DNA of 50,804 bases, the filler included, from Jimgerdemannia flammicorona (lineage: Eukaryota), in NCBI GenBank assembly GCA_003990765.1. It is 2 parts of 2 records of this genome, joined end to end, with 100 filler letters (N's around TTAATTAATTAA, not from the genome) between each part and the next. Parts side by side here need not be neighbours in the genome. Positions count along the whole stretch, not along the records: positions 1 to 25,355 come from RBNJ01000842.1; 1 more part is not named here. One strand, given 5' to 3'. Every line of letters begins with the position of its first letter. Position 1 is the first letter of the stretch. Made by a program: the position numbers and the translations under genes. Of this stretch, positions 12,901 to 25,094 are shown in pieces. A model generated the notes under the pieces. It searched no databases. It had not been told where the DNA came from and saw only the letters and a program-made list of their open reading frames with translations.

Positions 12901-14760
12901 CCTAAAATTTATAGTCATTACTAATATATTGAATTTTGCCATTAGAGCAGTCCTGTTATAAGATAATGGCAAAGAATATCATCCTATTACTTTTGAGTCC
13001 CACAAGTTGGCCCTAGCTGAACAAAAGCTAGCCACTCACAAGAAGGAACTACTGACAATAATATATACACTAGACTACTGACAATACTATTTAGAAGATA
13101 TTGAGTTTGATATTATTACTGACCATCAATCTCTTAAGTATATTAATACCCAATCTACTTTATTATGTCTACAACCCAAGTGGAGTCTCAAGCTTCAAAC
13201 CTTTAATCTGATAATCATCTACAAGCCTGACAAGACACTTATAGTACCAGATGCCTTATCAAAATGCCCAGATCTTGCCACAATCATGCAAGTTACCTTG
13301 GTATCAGAATTCCTAAACCAAATCAGACAAGTTTACAAAGAAGACATAGTTGCTACTAGAGTTTTCTCAAATGAGCTCAAGGATATATATACTGTTGAGA
13401 ACAACCTGATCTATTATCAAGATCAAGTCTACCTATCTGAAAACATGAACCTATGCTATAAGATTTTGTAAGAACACCATGACTCTCCTCTTGTCAGTCA
13501 TCTGGGAATTGAGAAGACTGTCAAGAACATTCAATACTGCTACTATTGACCAAGCATAGTCAAGGAAATCAAGAACTATATTGACAGCTGTGATCTATGT
13601 TAGCACAATAAGTCTACCAACCAAGTACCAGCCAGTTTGCTACAACTACTGCCAAATTCTACTAAGAAATTTGAGCAAGTTATTATGGACTTTATAACTC
13701 AACTACTACAAACTAAATCTGGTGCTGATACTATTATCATATTCATTGACTGCCTGATCAAGACCATGGTTGCTGAATCAACTACTACTAATACTACTAT
13801 ACCCAAAATTACAAGAATCTTCTTTAAGTCCATCTTCCATCACTATGGCCTACCATGAGTAATTGTCAGTAATTATGACTCTAAGTTCACTATTCACTTT
13901 TGACAAACTCTCTTCAAGTCCCTGGGAATCCAATTGGCTATATCTACTATCTTTCACCCACAAACTGATAGACAAACTAAGCACATGAACAGAACTCTAG
14001 AACAAATACTTAGAAACTATATTTCTTATAAGCAAGATGATTGGAACCACTATCTGACTTATATGGAGTTTGTATATAACAATACCATCCAATCATCTAC
14101 TAGTCTTTCTTCTTTCTAGTTACTCTATGGTCAAGATCCCAAGACCCCTACAAGTCTATTCTCTTTCAAGAAAAGCAGTTAAATATAAGTCTCTACTACC
14201 AAGAACCTTACAGACAAAATGGATGAACTACTTAAGATTATTACTGTGAATCTTCAGAAGACTCAACAGCATCAAGCCAAGTATACTGATAAGAAATGCC
14301 ATAATATTACTTATACTGTTGGAGATCAAGTCCTACTATCTACCAAAAACCTCAAGATATAATCTCAAGTCAATCACCCTTCAAACAAGTTCCAACCTAA
14401 GTATATTGGATCCTTCAAGATCACTGAACAAGTCTCTGCATCCTCCTACTACCTCAAGCTACTTGAAACTATAAGAGTATACCCAGTCTTTCATATGTCA
14501 CACCTCAAGACCTGGAACCAGTCACCACCCTACTCTGGTCAAATTCCTAAGTCTTTTGTCCCTATGATTATTGAAGACCATATTGAGTATAAAGCTGAGA
14601 AAATTCTTAACAAATGAATCTGCTACTGCTATTCTGAATACCTAGTCAAGTGGATGAGTTACTCTAAATATAATACTACCTAGGAACCACTGGTCAATCT
14701 CAAGAACTCTCAAGATCTAGTTCAAGACTTCAAGGCAAAATGTATTGCTCAATCTCTGTA
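9978..14760 (+). pseudogene. E3 gag-pol with C-terminal chromodomain
   Basis: Gag KPDTF; knuckle CFFCYQIGYIA (~10823); PR LIDSGA (11441); RT CIDYHILN..YIDD; IN HPQTDRQTK; chromodomain YKAEKILNK..EYLVKWMSY..T*EPLVNL (14585-14740). Confidence 0.92.
10946..11358 (+). pseudogene. E3 dUTPase domain between nucleocapsid and protease
   Basis: ELKIKKL..QTEGAIGLDLY..STGIAVQYPEGHYARIAS*SGLS..VINPDFQG*VQVLLIN..KKGD*VV*MI..DFGSTD. All five motifs are recognisable, and the stops fit CGA>TGA or CAA>TAA changes. Confidence 0.92.
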
Positions 14761-15061
14761 GTGACTTCCTTAAATTATCGACAACCTATGGCAATAACTG
14801 TATCTTATACATTGGAAGTTTACTTTGGGACCCCAGAATTAGCAGAATATTTAATAAACAAGAAGTCCACTGAAATGAAGCTATTAGCTGAGTTTGAACC
14901 CCTCCTAGTTGATTAGTCTAGTAATAGGTCCTCTGCTCTATATGAGGATGACCAATCTCTGTTAATGCATTGATATAAGTTTGAGAAATTTTGGTTAAGT
15001 ATATTTAGTCTTGTGTTACCTAAGAACTCAATGAGGATATTGGTTTTTAAGAAGAGAGAGA

Positions 15062-15526
15062 TATAACAATTTCACAGTCATATTTAGTCTTAGTATATTT
15101 TTGCATCTTTTAGTTAATCTCTTCTTATTATTTCTTAAACATTCTACTATGTTCTGCCACCTTCTACTTGCTTAGAAATCTTCTCTCAGTGCCCAGACAC
15201 CACTAGAACATTCTTATCTTTTCTTGGTACTAAGTATCTTATCTTAGCTAGTTATAGAACCTTTCAGAATATTATAGAATAGTATTAGTCAGCTTTGCTA
15301 AGAATCTATTTCTTGGTATTTCTCTTTCTTTCCAAGATCCTTCTGGATCTTTCTTTCAGATCATGTATAAATATCCTTGTTCTTTACCTGAATAAAGCTC
15401 AAAATATTTTTCTCTCAAAAATTCTTCAAGAATACTTAAATCTTTAAGTATCTCTTTGAGCTACTTTAGGCCAATCAGAACTTTCAGATTTAGCTGCTTT
15501 CTCTTAAAGAAACTAAAACTATTACA
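15062..15526 (+). repeat. E3 3' LTR
   Basis: Direct repeat of 9435-9887 with many transitions and a ~12-bp indel. Confidence 0.95.
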
Positions 15527-15531
15527 GAAAC

Positions 15532-18500
15532 CTACTGTCCCAAAGCTCAAGAAGAAGTATACCTCAAAGACTATACCCAGAGACATCTACAATAAAGTCT
15601 GGCAGAAGATTCAAAAAACTAAGATAAAAGTCTCTCTTCTATAGTTCCTATAACTGATACCAGCCAGAGTCCAAAACAAATCACTAGATCTAGCACTGGC
15701 CAAGTTCCAATCCCACAATAAGAGCCAGCTTCCATTTCTAACCAAGCTGCAGAAAGACATGTCAGCACTTATCTATATGGAGAAATTGGAGGATAAAAAG
15801 TAAAAATTCTTATAGATATAGGAGCAGCTGTCTGTATTATTGTCAAATGATTCCTGGATACCCTCCAATGGCCCATTGATGGACCATCTAACCTTAGCAT
15901 CATAGTAGTAGATGGAGCCCAAACCCAACCCCTTGGAGAAGTATGAAACATTACTATCTCTCTTAGATACATTTAGTTCTCTATCCTGAAAGCTATTATT
16001 ACTGAAGCTGTCACCTATAACATGATCCTTGGTACTAACTGAATGAAGGAAATGAATGCAGTTATCAATATTGGTCAACAAGTACTCAAGTTTGACTACT
16101 GAGACAAGAAGTATAGAGTTAAGGTGACCAGTTATGAGCAATTGAAGAAGAAGAAAAAGATAACTATTTAGGAGGAATATGCTAGTAGTGAAGAATCTAC
16201 TACAGAAGAGAAGAAAGAATCCAAAGATGGAAATAATCTCAGACTTAATCCCTGAATCAACCTGGTGAATTATAGGTCAGAAGATAATATATGGGCCAAG
16301 AACACTATCTCCATTACCATTGGAGCCATTATAGGAGAAATCAAAGAATGCCCTACCCTATCTGCCTCAAGAGATATAAGTGTCCCAAGCACTCCTCCAG
16401 GATTATTGGGTTAAGAAATTCAACTGGCACAGTCTGCCCCAAGTGTAGAAAAAAGAAAAAGAAATGCAAATATGTCCCAGAGACACCTGCAGCTGAAGCT
16501 GCAGAAGTATAGGCAATTTGAGAACAAGAATCATCTGAGGAAGAAGAAGCTCCTAACTAAAAAGTTCCTGAACAGAAAGCATCTGAAGAAAAAGAGGTCT
16601 CTGAACTTATTCTCTAGGATGACTCTTACTAAACACTACCTGAAGATAATGATCCTTGGAATATAGAAGAAGGACCCAGCACAATCCCCATTATTCCTAA
16701 GAAAGAAACTCACCAAGAAAGGGCTTTTCAGCTAGGAAGATATCTACACCAAATAGTCTTCCACTCTCTTCAAAACTATTGCTATTAGTGTCATCTATTA
16801 GACTAGTAAGAAAGACAGAAACCCCAAAGACCAGAAACCCCAACCATAGTTGCACAGTCAACTACCTTCCAAGAAGTTACCACTAGGTTGCAAAGTTGAT
16901 TTAGAGGACAAGGTCTCTTCATCCAAACAGAAGTATATCCCTTGTCTACTCTTCCCCCAACTTATGACCAAGATGGATACCAATTCCCAAGATAACAAGA
17001 AATCAACAACCAGGAACAGCATTTTTGAGTAATGGAATATTGTAACTATAGAAGATACTCAGACTGCTGAGACTGCAGACATCAGAAAATTCACCTCAGT
17101 CATGATATTGTAATATATACCTTGAAGAGAGAAGATAATAGAGGCCAGATCCAAAAAAGTCAGACCAAGAAGTCAGGAAGAAGGACCCTTAAGATCTATG
17201 ATTTAGAAGAAGATATTCTAGCTCTTATCAGATATACAATCTATCAAGAATGGGTAGAAGATGCCACCAACTTCATAGAAGCCCTAGACTCTATAGGAAG
17301 AAGAGAAATCAACTATCTCTAAGATCCCTCTACTGGAGCCAGATGGCCACACCTCAACCTCAGAGCCTGGAGGCTCTCTGCTAGTAGAGTCTTAGTCCAA
17401 GAACAGTCCAAACTCAGTAAGAATGTTATCTAGTATGCCCTTCTACATCCTAAGGCTAAACCCCTGACCAAAGCCTACCTAGAAGATATAAGATATGATC
17501 TTTACAGTCTGGAAGATGAATCCATCAAGCTTGGAAAAATATTCATGATCAAAACTGGACTAGTCATATAGCCACCCTAAGGAGCTTATATCCAACTGAT
17601 CTCAAGATCTAGACTTGCCAGATAAGGAATAACCATAGAAGGAGAAACCATTAATCCAGAATATAAAGGTAAAATCAAGGTCATCCTATATAATAGTAGA
17701 ACAGAAGATTATCTAAGCAGTCTTCATGAAGATCAAGACCCCACAATTACAAGAAGTCTCCAAACTGACTGAAGAAATAAGACAAGCCAAAGGATTTGGA
17801 AGTTCAGACAAAAAAAAAATACATCTCCTTCAAATCAACTACCTCAAGAGGAATGCCCCCCAGTAAGTACACTGCCAACTAGTCAAGCTATATAAAAACC
17901 TCATCCTGGAGCCTGGAGAACAAACCACCTTTGAAATCTTTGCACCATCTGATCTCAGAAACCTCTTCTTTGAATCCAATGAAGATATTCTATACTTGGA
18001 TATAGAAGGGCATACATTCTCTGATAAGATGAACCCAATATACTCTCAAGCAATCAACTAAAGTTGGAAAACTATCATCTTGCCAAAAGAAACCAATCAT
18101 AGAATATCTGGTGCCTTTTCTCAATTGAACTCATAGAGAAGTTTATGAACTAAACTTATTAGGAAATGGTAAAAGGTCCCATAAGAAAGGAAATACCCCT
18201 CTGTGATTCAGGAAACAGTGAAGCCTTCTATCAATATTGAAGAAGAATTGACACCCCAATAATGGCAACAACTAGTAGAACTCCTCAACAAATATCAAGA
18301 TATCTTTACTACTGATTATGGCAACCTGCCATACAACCCATCATATTATTACAGCATAAATATAGGAAATACAATACCTATCCAACAGAAATCCTATAGA
18401 ATACCCTATTATTTAAAAATATTCAAAAAGGAGTACATTCAAGAACTCTTAGACAATGGAGTCATCTGATCCTCCACCAGTCTCTGGGCCAGCTCTATAC

Positions 18501-20695
18501 TTATTGTACTAAAGAAAGGAGGATAGAGACTCTGTGTAGATTACAGAAAACTCAATTCAGTCACTGAAAAGGATACCTATTCTTTGCTCAGAATTGATGA
18601 CCTCTTGGATCAGTTACAAGATACTAGATACTTCAGCAGTATAGATCTTTTTGTAGGATTCTATAAGATCTCTATAGATCCAAAAGACATTCAAAAGACA
18701 GCCTTTCTTGCTCTAGAAAAACTGTTTGAATATCTCTGAATACCCTTTGGACTTTGCAATATGCTCTCCACCTTCCAGAGGATGATAAATTCAGTCTATG
18801 TTCTCTTGATCCACCACTGTCTGATTGTATACATGGATGATTCCAATATCTATTTAGCAAATTTTGAGGAAGACCTGTACTATTTAGAAGAATTCTTCAA
18901 GCTTATCTATAAGAACTACCTAAGACTCAATGCCAAGAAATGCTATTTTGGAAAACAGAAACTTGAATTCCTAGATTTATAGTTTTGAAAGAAGAAATCC
19001 ATACAGATTCAAAAAAAAATCAAGAAGATCAACAATTGGTCAGTACCCAAGACCCTGAAGAAAATATTATTATTTTTGATGCTAGTATCCTACTATAAAA
19101 AATTTATCAAGGACTTTTCCCAGATTGCTGCCCCAATCAGAGTCCTTCTTAAGAAAGAATTATCTTATAAATAGACAGAATTACAAGAGAAAGCTTAAAG
19201 AACTCAAGAACTGTATGACCACAGCACCAATTCTTGTATATTCTAATTTACAGAAGTTATTCATCTTATATACAGATACTTCCAAAGATGACCTAGGAGT
19301 AGTTCTAGCCCAAGAAGGATCTGACCAATAACACTATGTAATAGCTTATATAAGCTAAGCTACTAATCAGCAACAGATGAACTATGGTAGTACCAAACTA
19401 GAATACTTTACAGTTATATGAGCAGTTATCCTATTCAAGCATTACCTCATCAAAAAAAGGTTTACCCTAATCACAGATCATGTAGCCCTCAAATAGCTAT
19501 TCAATTGCAAGAAATCTATTAAAATCTTAGTCCACTAGATTCTTATCCTTCAGGATTACAAGATCACTATCATCCAAAAAGCAGGAAAAGCTCACAACAA
19601 TGTTGATGTACTTTCCTATCAGCCCCAATAAACTAGAAGAAGGGCGTTCTGAGGAACTATATCCTAAAGGAAGCTCCTCAGACTGTCAAAATACAAGAAG
19701 ATCTTATCTGAAAAGAATATCAAAAAGCCCACCAAGAATAGGTAAATATAGAAGAGAAGTTATGAATAACACACCAACATTGGTCCAATCTCAGAGCACA
19801 AGTCTGGGATATACTCAAGAAATGTGGCATCTGCTAGAAGTATCAAGGAAGAAAGAACTACCAAGTACTACTGCAACCAATTGTACTATCAGACAACATC
19901 TTTTAGAGATGAAGAGTAGATGTAATTAGACCCCTACCAGTTATACTAAGAAAAAACAAGTATATTCTTATATTTGTAGAACATCTGACCAAGTGGCCCA
20001 AGACTTTTCCAATAGAAATCACAGATGTCTTAATTATTGTAGGCCTTCTCTATAGACTCACCCTCAGATATAGACCTCTAGAAGAACTCATCTCTGACCA
20101 AGGCACAGAATTCATCAATAATATAATTATAAGTTATATCCAAATTCACAAGATTCACCTCAAATGGACTACATTATATCACCCTCAGACTAATGGTATG
20201 ACAGAAAGAATGAATCAGATCATCAAGAAAGAACTTGCCTGAGTCAATTCTACCAACTGAGACCTTTGCTTATATGAGATTCTATGGGAAATTCAGAATA
20301 CTCTTGCTGCCTCTACTAAACAAAAGCCATTCAAAATAATGTTTGCTAAGAAAGTCAGAACTACTAACTATGAAAATCTCAGAGACCTCCTCCAGAAGGC
20401 AGAATAGTTATGTAATCAGGTCCAAGTTCAGATTACCAAAGCTCAAGAAAGATAAAAGAAGTACTATAACTAGAAACAGAAGGACCAGAAGATCAAGATT
20501 AGAGATTAAGTACTAGTTTGGAGAAGTATGATTGAGACAAACTTTGCTACCAAATTGGAGCCCAAATGAGAAGGACCTTATCTTGTATACAATATCAGAG
20601 GAACCAGTATCTATTTAAGAAGTATGGATGAATGAACCCTAAAGATACCAGTACACATCAATTGTCTCAAGATATACTTCTCTCCACATTATAAA
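15532..20695 (+). pseudogene. E2 pol (PR, Cys-rich region, dUTPase, RT, RNaseH, IN)
   Basis: PR KILIDIGAAV..MILGTN (15770-16100); RT LCVDYRKLN, PFGLCN..TFQR, YMDD (18830-18842); RNaseH LYTDTSKDDLGVVLAQ; IN core YHPQTNGMTERMNQ; C-terminal KLEPK*EGPY. Confidence 0.88.
17420..17810 (+). pseudogene. E2 dUTPase domain between PR and RT
   Basis: YDLYS..IKTGL..ISRSRLAR*GITIEGETINPEYKGKIKVILYN..RQAKGFGSSD; motif 4 is partly deleted. Confidence 0.85.
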
Positions 20696-20719
20696 TCAGA
20701 ACAACTACCTTCAGACTCT

Positions 20720-21165
20720 TGTCTTCAGCTCATTTCAATCACTGCCAATTTCTCTACCCCAATTTCAAGAAGTCAACAGGAATATCCTCTAGAGAATTCA
20801 GATTCATTAAGAGAATTTTGTCCTGACCAGATGATTGTTATAGGTCCATCAACTTTAGGCTCATTATGCAATTGGAGAATAATTGCAGAACCTCTCAGCC
20901 CCAGAACAAACATATATCAGAAATATCACAGGACTATTAAGAAGAGACATTACTGCTGCAGACAGGCTCTATACCCTTTATAAGCATAATCCTATAGCTC
21001 TGATGCAAGCACAATTCTCCTAGTATGATGTATGAGGAATGAACCAAGTCATCTATCTGAGCATCATCCATGCTGTCAAAATTCTATTCTCAGAAGAAAA
21101 AGATAATAAAGATAATGGAATAGGTATTTATGTAGAAGATACCTATCTATACTAGAATGATGACT
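20720..21165 (+). pseudogene. E2 accessory ORF remnant between integrase and the polypurine tract
   Basis: Frame reads RRDITAADRLYTLYKHNPIALMQAQFS*YDV*GMNQVIYLSIIHAVKILFSEEKD, which resembles the E1 LTR ORF motif. Confidence 0.5.
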
Positions 21166-21207
21166 AAAGGACAGTCTGAGGACAGATCATCCTTTAGTGG
21201 GGACTAA

Positions 21208-22512
21208 TGTGATAAATCAAAATGTACCACCCAAATTATAACTTAAATAGATGATATAAACACATAATATAGTAATCAGACACAGTAACCATTGCTGCAG
21301 AAAACTATATAAATAGCTAGAACTACCAGATAAGATATATCTGTACTGGACCTGCACACCTATGCTGAACCAGTATACTCACTATAGATAGCAATCTATA
21401 ATTAGCAATATAGTAATCAGATATGTAGCAACTACAATGTATAAAATACTCTAGAGATAAAAGTGAATAAACCTCAGTTCAAAATTCAAAGCAAAAGACA
21501 AGTCTGCCTACTATACTTCAAGAGGAACTCTATAGTCACTGCTAGGAGATTGTGAGCTTACTTTCTACTCCAGTCCACTTTCTGATACAAAGAAGAGTTT
21601 GTTACATTTTTTGATTTGCTTGCCAGATAAGTCTGAAGAAATCACCAAGTTTAAGGAAGAACTTCACTACTTTTTGAGTAATCTACTGCTTAAGGAATAA
21701 GCCACTACATTTTAGTCTACTTGCCAGATAAGCCTGAAGAGAAACCCACATTCCCAGAGAGTCTTAAGGAATCTTGCCATATATCAGTCTCTTGATGTAA
21801 CTTTACAGTAATATGTTTATGCAAATAAAGCCAGTCTTTGATATAACTTGCTAAGAATCTGTATTGTCTGATATTTCCAGAAGAACTCTACCAATTTAGA
21901 AAGAATCTGCAACATCTGAGTTATCTGAGTTATCTGAATTATCTGTATCATCTGAGTCATTTACCCATTTCTAGTAAGCTGTGTCAAATATTTACCACTC
22001 CTAGAAGAACTGCTAAGTTATTATTCCCAGTGAGCTGATTTAGAAGAATCTGTACCAATATAATTCCTAGTAAGCTAATTCAAGAAAATCTGTACCCAAA
22101 TTAAGTTATCCACCAAATCTACATAAGGAAACCATCAAATTGCCAGATTATTCTACATAAGGAATCCATTCACACTATATAAGATTGTTATGCAGAAATT
22201 ACATACTTTTGAAAACAAGACTATCACCTAGAAATTACATACTTTTGGAGATCATCATACTATACAGAGATTGCCTGTTACTCAAGAAGAAAAACTACTA
22301 AATTGCCATATATACAAATCACCACTATACCCAGAGAACCATCTCAATTAGGAAATTGATATATAAATCACTCATAGATATCCAGCTTAAACTATTATAC
22401 TACTAAATACCAAGAATATTTTATTGCTTTTAACAAAGTAACTGGGGGCTTAAGCCAAACTATACTAACCCCCAACCTTATAATTTGCCTCTATTGAGCT
22501 GGGCACATTATA
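21208..22512 (+). repeat. E2 3' LTR (~1.3 kb; right boundary approximate)
   Basis: Starts TGTGATA right after the purine tract; TATAAATAG ~21308; AATAAA ~21466; internal repeats (CTTGCCAGATAAG x2, ATCTGAGTT-type 9-mers at ~21914-21958). hAT-like sequence begins after CATTATA (22512). Confidence 0.55.
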
Positions 22513-24994
22513 CTAGTAAGTAAATATTTTGATATCAGAGACAGTATAAATCTATTTTAAAATTTACTTATTAGCTACTACTATATAATTTATTTTATAA
22601 TTGAAAAGATATTTAAATTGAAGAGATCAAAGATAAATTTTATATAATTTATAATAAAAACTATGCTCCTCTATCTGGATTAATTAATTGAATAAGTTCT
22701 AAAGATTATGAAGAAATAGAAGATGATATCAATACTATACTATATAAATATATATTTAACAAAAGACAAAAACTAATAATAAATCCTAAGCAAGAGATAA
22801 ATATTTATTTAAAAAGTAAAACTATTAAATTTTGAGCAGAAGATGATATATTATTTTAGTAGTAAGTAAGTTAGAAATTTATATTTGAATTAGGTCAATT
22901 CAAAATATTATTTAAATTTCTCTAATTAATTTAATTGATTGAAAATATTAGAACTATAGCAGAGATTTTTCAAATCTAGCAAAAATGATATATGACTACT
23001 TAGCTATCTCAGCAATAAGTATTTCAATTGAGAGAGTTTTTTTTAAGTAATAAATATCTTATAGTGGCTAAAAGAGATATTTTAAACTCTGAAAAAAATT
23101 ATTATATTTAAAGGTATAGTAATTAGTCTAATATTTTAATAATAATAGCTAATTTCAAAATCTTGAAATATAGTTAAATTTTGAAATATCAAATAAATAT
23201 AGTACTCAGATATTATATTATATAAGTATGACTCAGAACTTGTAGATATACTATATATATATATCTAAATATAATTTCTGATATTTATATCTGATTATTA
23301 TATTCAAATATAATTTCTATTATTTTCAGTCTTAATAAGATGAGCAAGATATTATTGTATATACTAGAAATGAATAATAAATAGTATAAATGATATAATA
23401 TATTAATATATTTAAAGTTTAAGAATATATATTATACATACTTGGTCACTATATCTAAAGTACTTATATTTGTAAGCTCATAAGTCTGCAAGTAATAAAT
23501 ATAAGCTAAGAGTTTCAAATATTGCAACAAGTACAATAATAAGTATAAGTCAAGAGCTTTGAATATTTTAATAAGTATAATAATAAGTATAAGCTAAGAG
23601 TTTTGAATATTATAATAAGTACAAATAACAAGTATAAGCTAAGAGCTTTAAATATTATAATAAGTATAAGTAATAAGTATAAGCTTATAAGCTATAAGCT
23701 TCAGATATTATAATAAGTATAGATAAAATAAGCTAACTTTAATAATAAAAAATTAATAAAAAACTATATACTAATAGAATTATATAATATATTATAGATA
23801 ATTAAACTAACTATCAGCCCTAAGTTCTGAGTTCTTATGAGAAAGTGCTAAGTTCTGATTACCTATTATAGTAAAGTCCAGATATCACTTTTAGATTCTT
23901 GTATTTTCTTAAAGTACCATACTTGTATCTCTAGTTGATTACTTAGAATTATTAATAAGTTAGATCTGAAGGTTTTGTGATAAGAATACTACTTTATTCT
24001 TATATTTGAGAAAAGTAGAGCTGAGGTTACAATATACTCAGTATAGAGAATATTTATATATATTTGAGACTATAAAAAAAAAAAGCAAAATGATCTCACC
24101 TTATAATAAACTTAAATTCTATATCAATTATCTTTCTGAAGTCTTTGAAGATATATAAATAATATTATCAATAAGGTTATTATTTGGTTAAATAATAAAG
24201 AACTTAGAACTAATAATTAATATAAGAAAAAAAAAAAGAAGATTGAAGATATAATCAAGTAATTCATCTCAAAACTATCTCTGAAGCTATATTTAAAGTT
24301 ATCTCTGAAGTCTCCACCCCTGAGGTCTTCATCTCTGAAGTTACTCCTGATATTCCTAAAGCTATTTTTGAAGTCCTAGCTGCTATTCAAGCCACTATTG
24401 CTATCTAAGCTGCTCAAGCCACTACTGTTATCCAAGCTGTTCAAGCTGCTATCACTACTCAAGCTATTACTACTATCTAAGCTATTATCACTACTTAAGC
24501 CACAGCTGCTACTCAAGCTATTACTTAAGCTGCTACTTTAAAAACTAAAGATCAATCTCATATAAGTTGTAACAATTGCAGAAGATATAGAAAACTATAT
24601 TATATCCTTTTTAAAATCTGTCAACAACTCAATTTATTGATTTTTAATTTTCTACTAAGAAAGAGGCTATATAATAATACTTATTAGACAGCTACTGCTA
24701 TGGCTAGATATGGCTGAGACTTATATATATATGAGAATTTCAAAAATATAAATTAGCTATGTAAATTTTAGTTATATTTATATATAAATTTCAAATAATA
24801 TATCTTTCAAATAAAGAACTAATTATATTATAATATAAGCTACTGAGAATCTTGAATTAATATTTAATTTTATTTGACTAATTTAAATTGGACTCTCAAT
24901 TTGATTTAAATTAAATTAAATTAGATCTTAATTTGAATATAAAAATTCTCAATTTGATTTAATTTGAATTGATTCAATTTATTTAAAAGTACTA
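22513..24994 (+). mobile_element. Old, extremely AT-rich hAT relic, 3' part
   Basis: hAT dimerisation motif DFSNLAKMIYDYLAISAISISIERVF (~22963-23043; consensus FPxLxxMARDYLAIPATSVxxERxFS), decayed GATTTAAATT/AATTTGAATT subterminal units (24860-24980) and terminus ..AAAGTACTA (24994) resembling ..AGAGCACTA (1437). Confidence 0.75.
23490..23725. repeat. Tandem repeat, ~43-bp unit x ~5, within the hAT relic
   Basis: Recurrent AATAAGTATAAGCTAAGAGCTTTGAATATT-like unit. Confidence 0.8.
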
Positions 24995-25094
24995 GTAACT
25001 GCTAACTAAAATGCTATACTATATTAGGAATTAGATTCAGATACTATAATCAAATATCTATCTTCTGATTGTTATTTCTAATTTAGATCAACTA

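Larger units (their letters stand above)
9435..15526 (+). mobile_element. Full-length chromovirus (Ty3/gypsy) E3, ~6.1 kb: LTR-gag-dUTPase-PR-RT-RNaseH-IN-chromodomain-LTR
   Basis: Paired LTRs 9435-9887 and 15062-15526; 5-bp TSD GGAAC (9430-9434)/GAAAC (15527-15531); PBS-like TGATAGTAGTGG (~9890); purine tract AAGAAGAGAGAGA before the 3' LTR. Confidence 0.95.
7825..22512 (+). mobile_element. Ty3/gypsy LTR retrotransposon E2, degenerate; 5' LTR displaced by E1, gag interrupted by E3
   Basis: Gag from 8164, reading resumes at 15532 after E3, then PR, Cys-rich insert, dUTPase, RT, RNaseH, IN, purine tract (~21196-21207) and LTR start TGTGATA at 21208. Confidence 0.85.
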
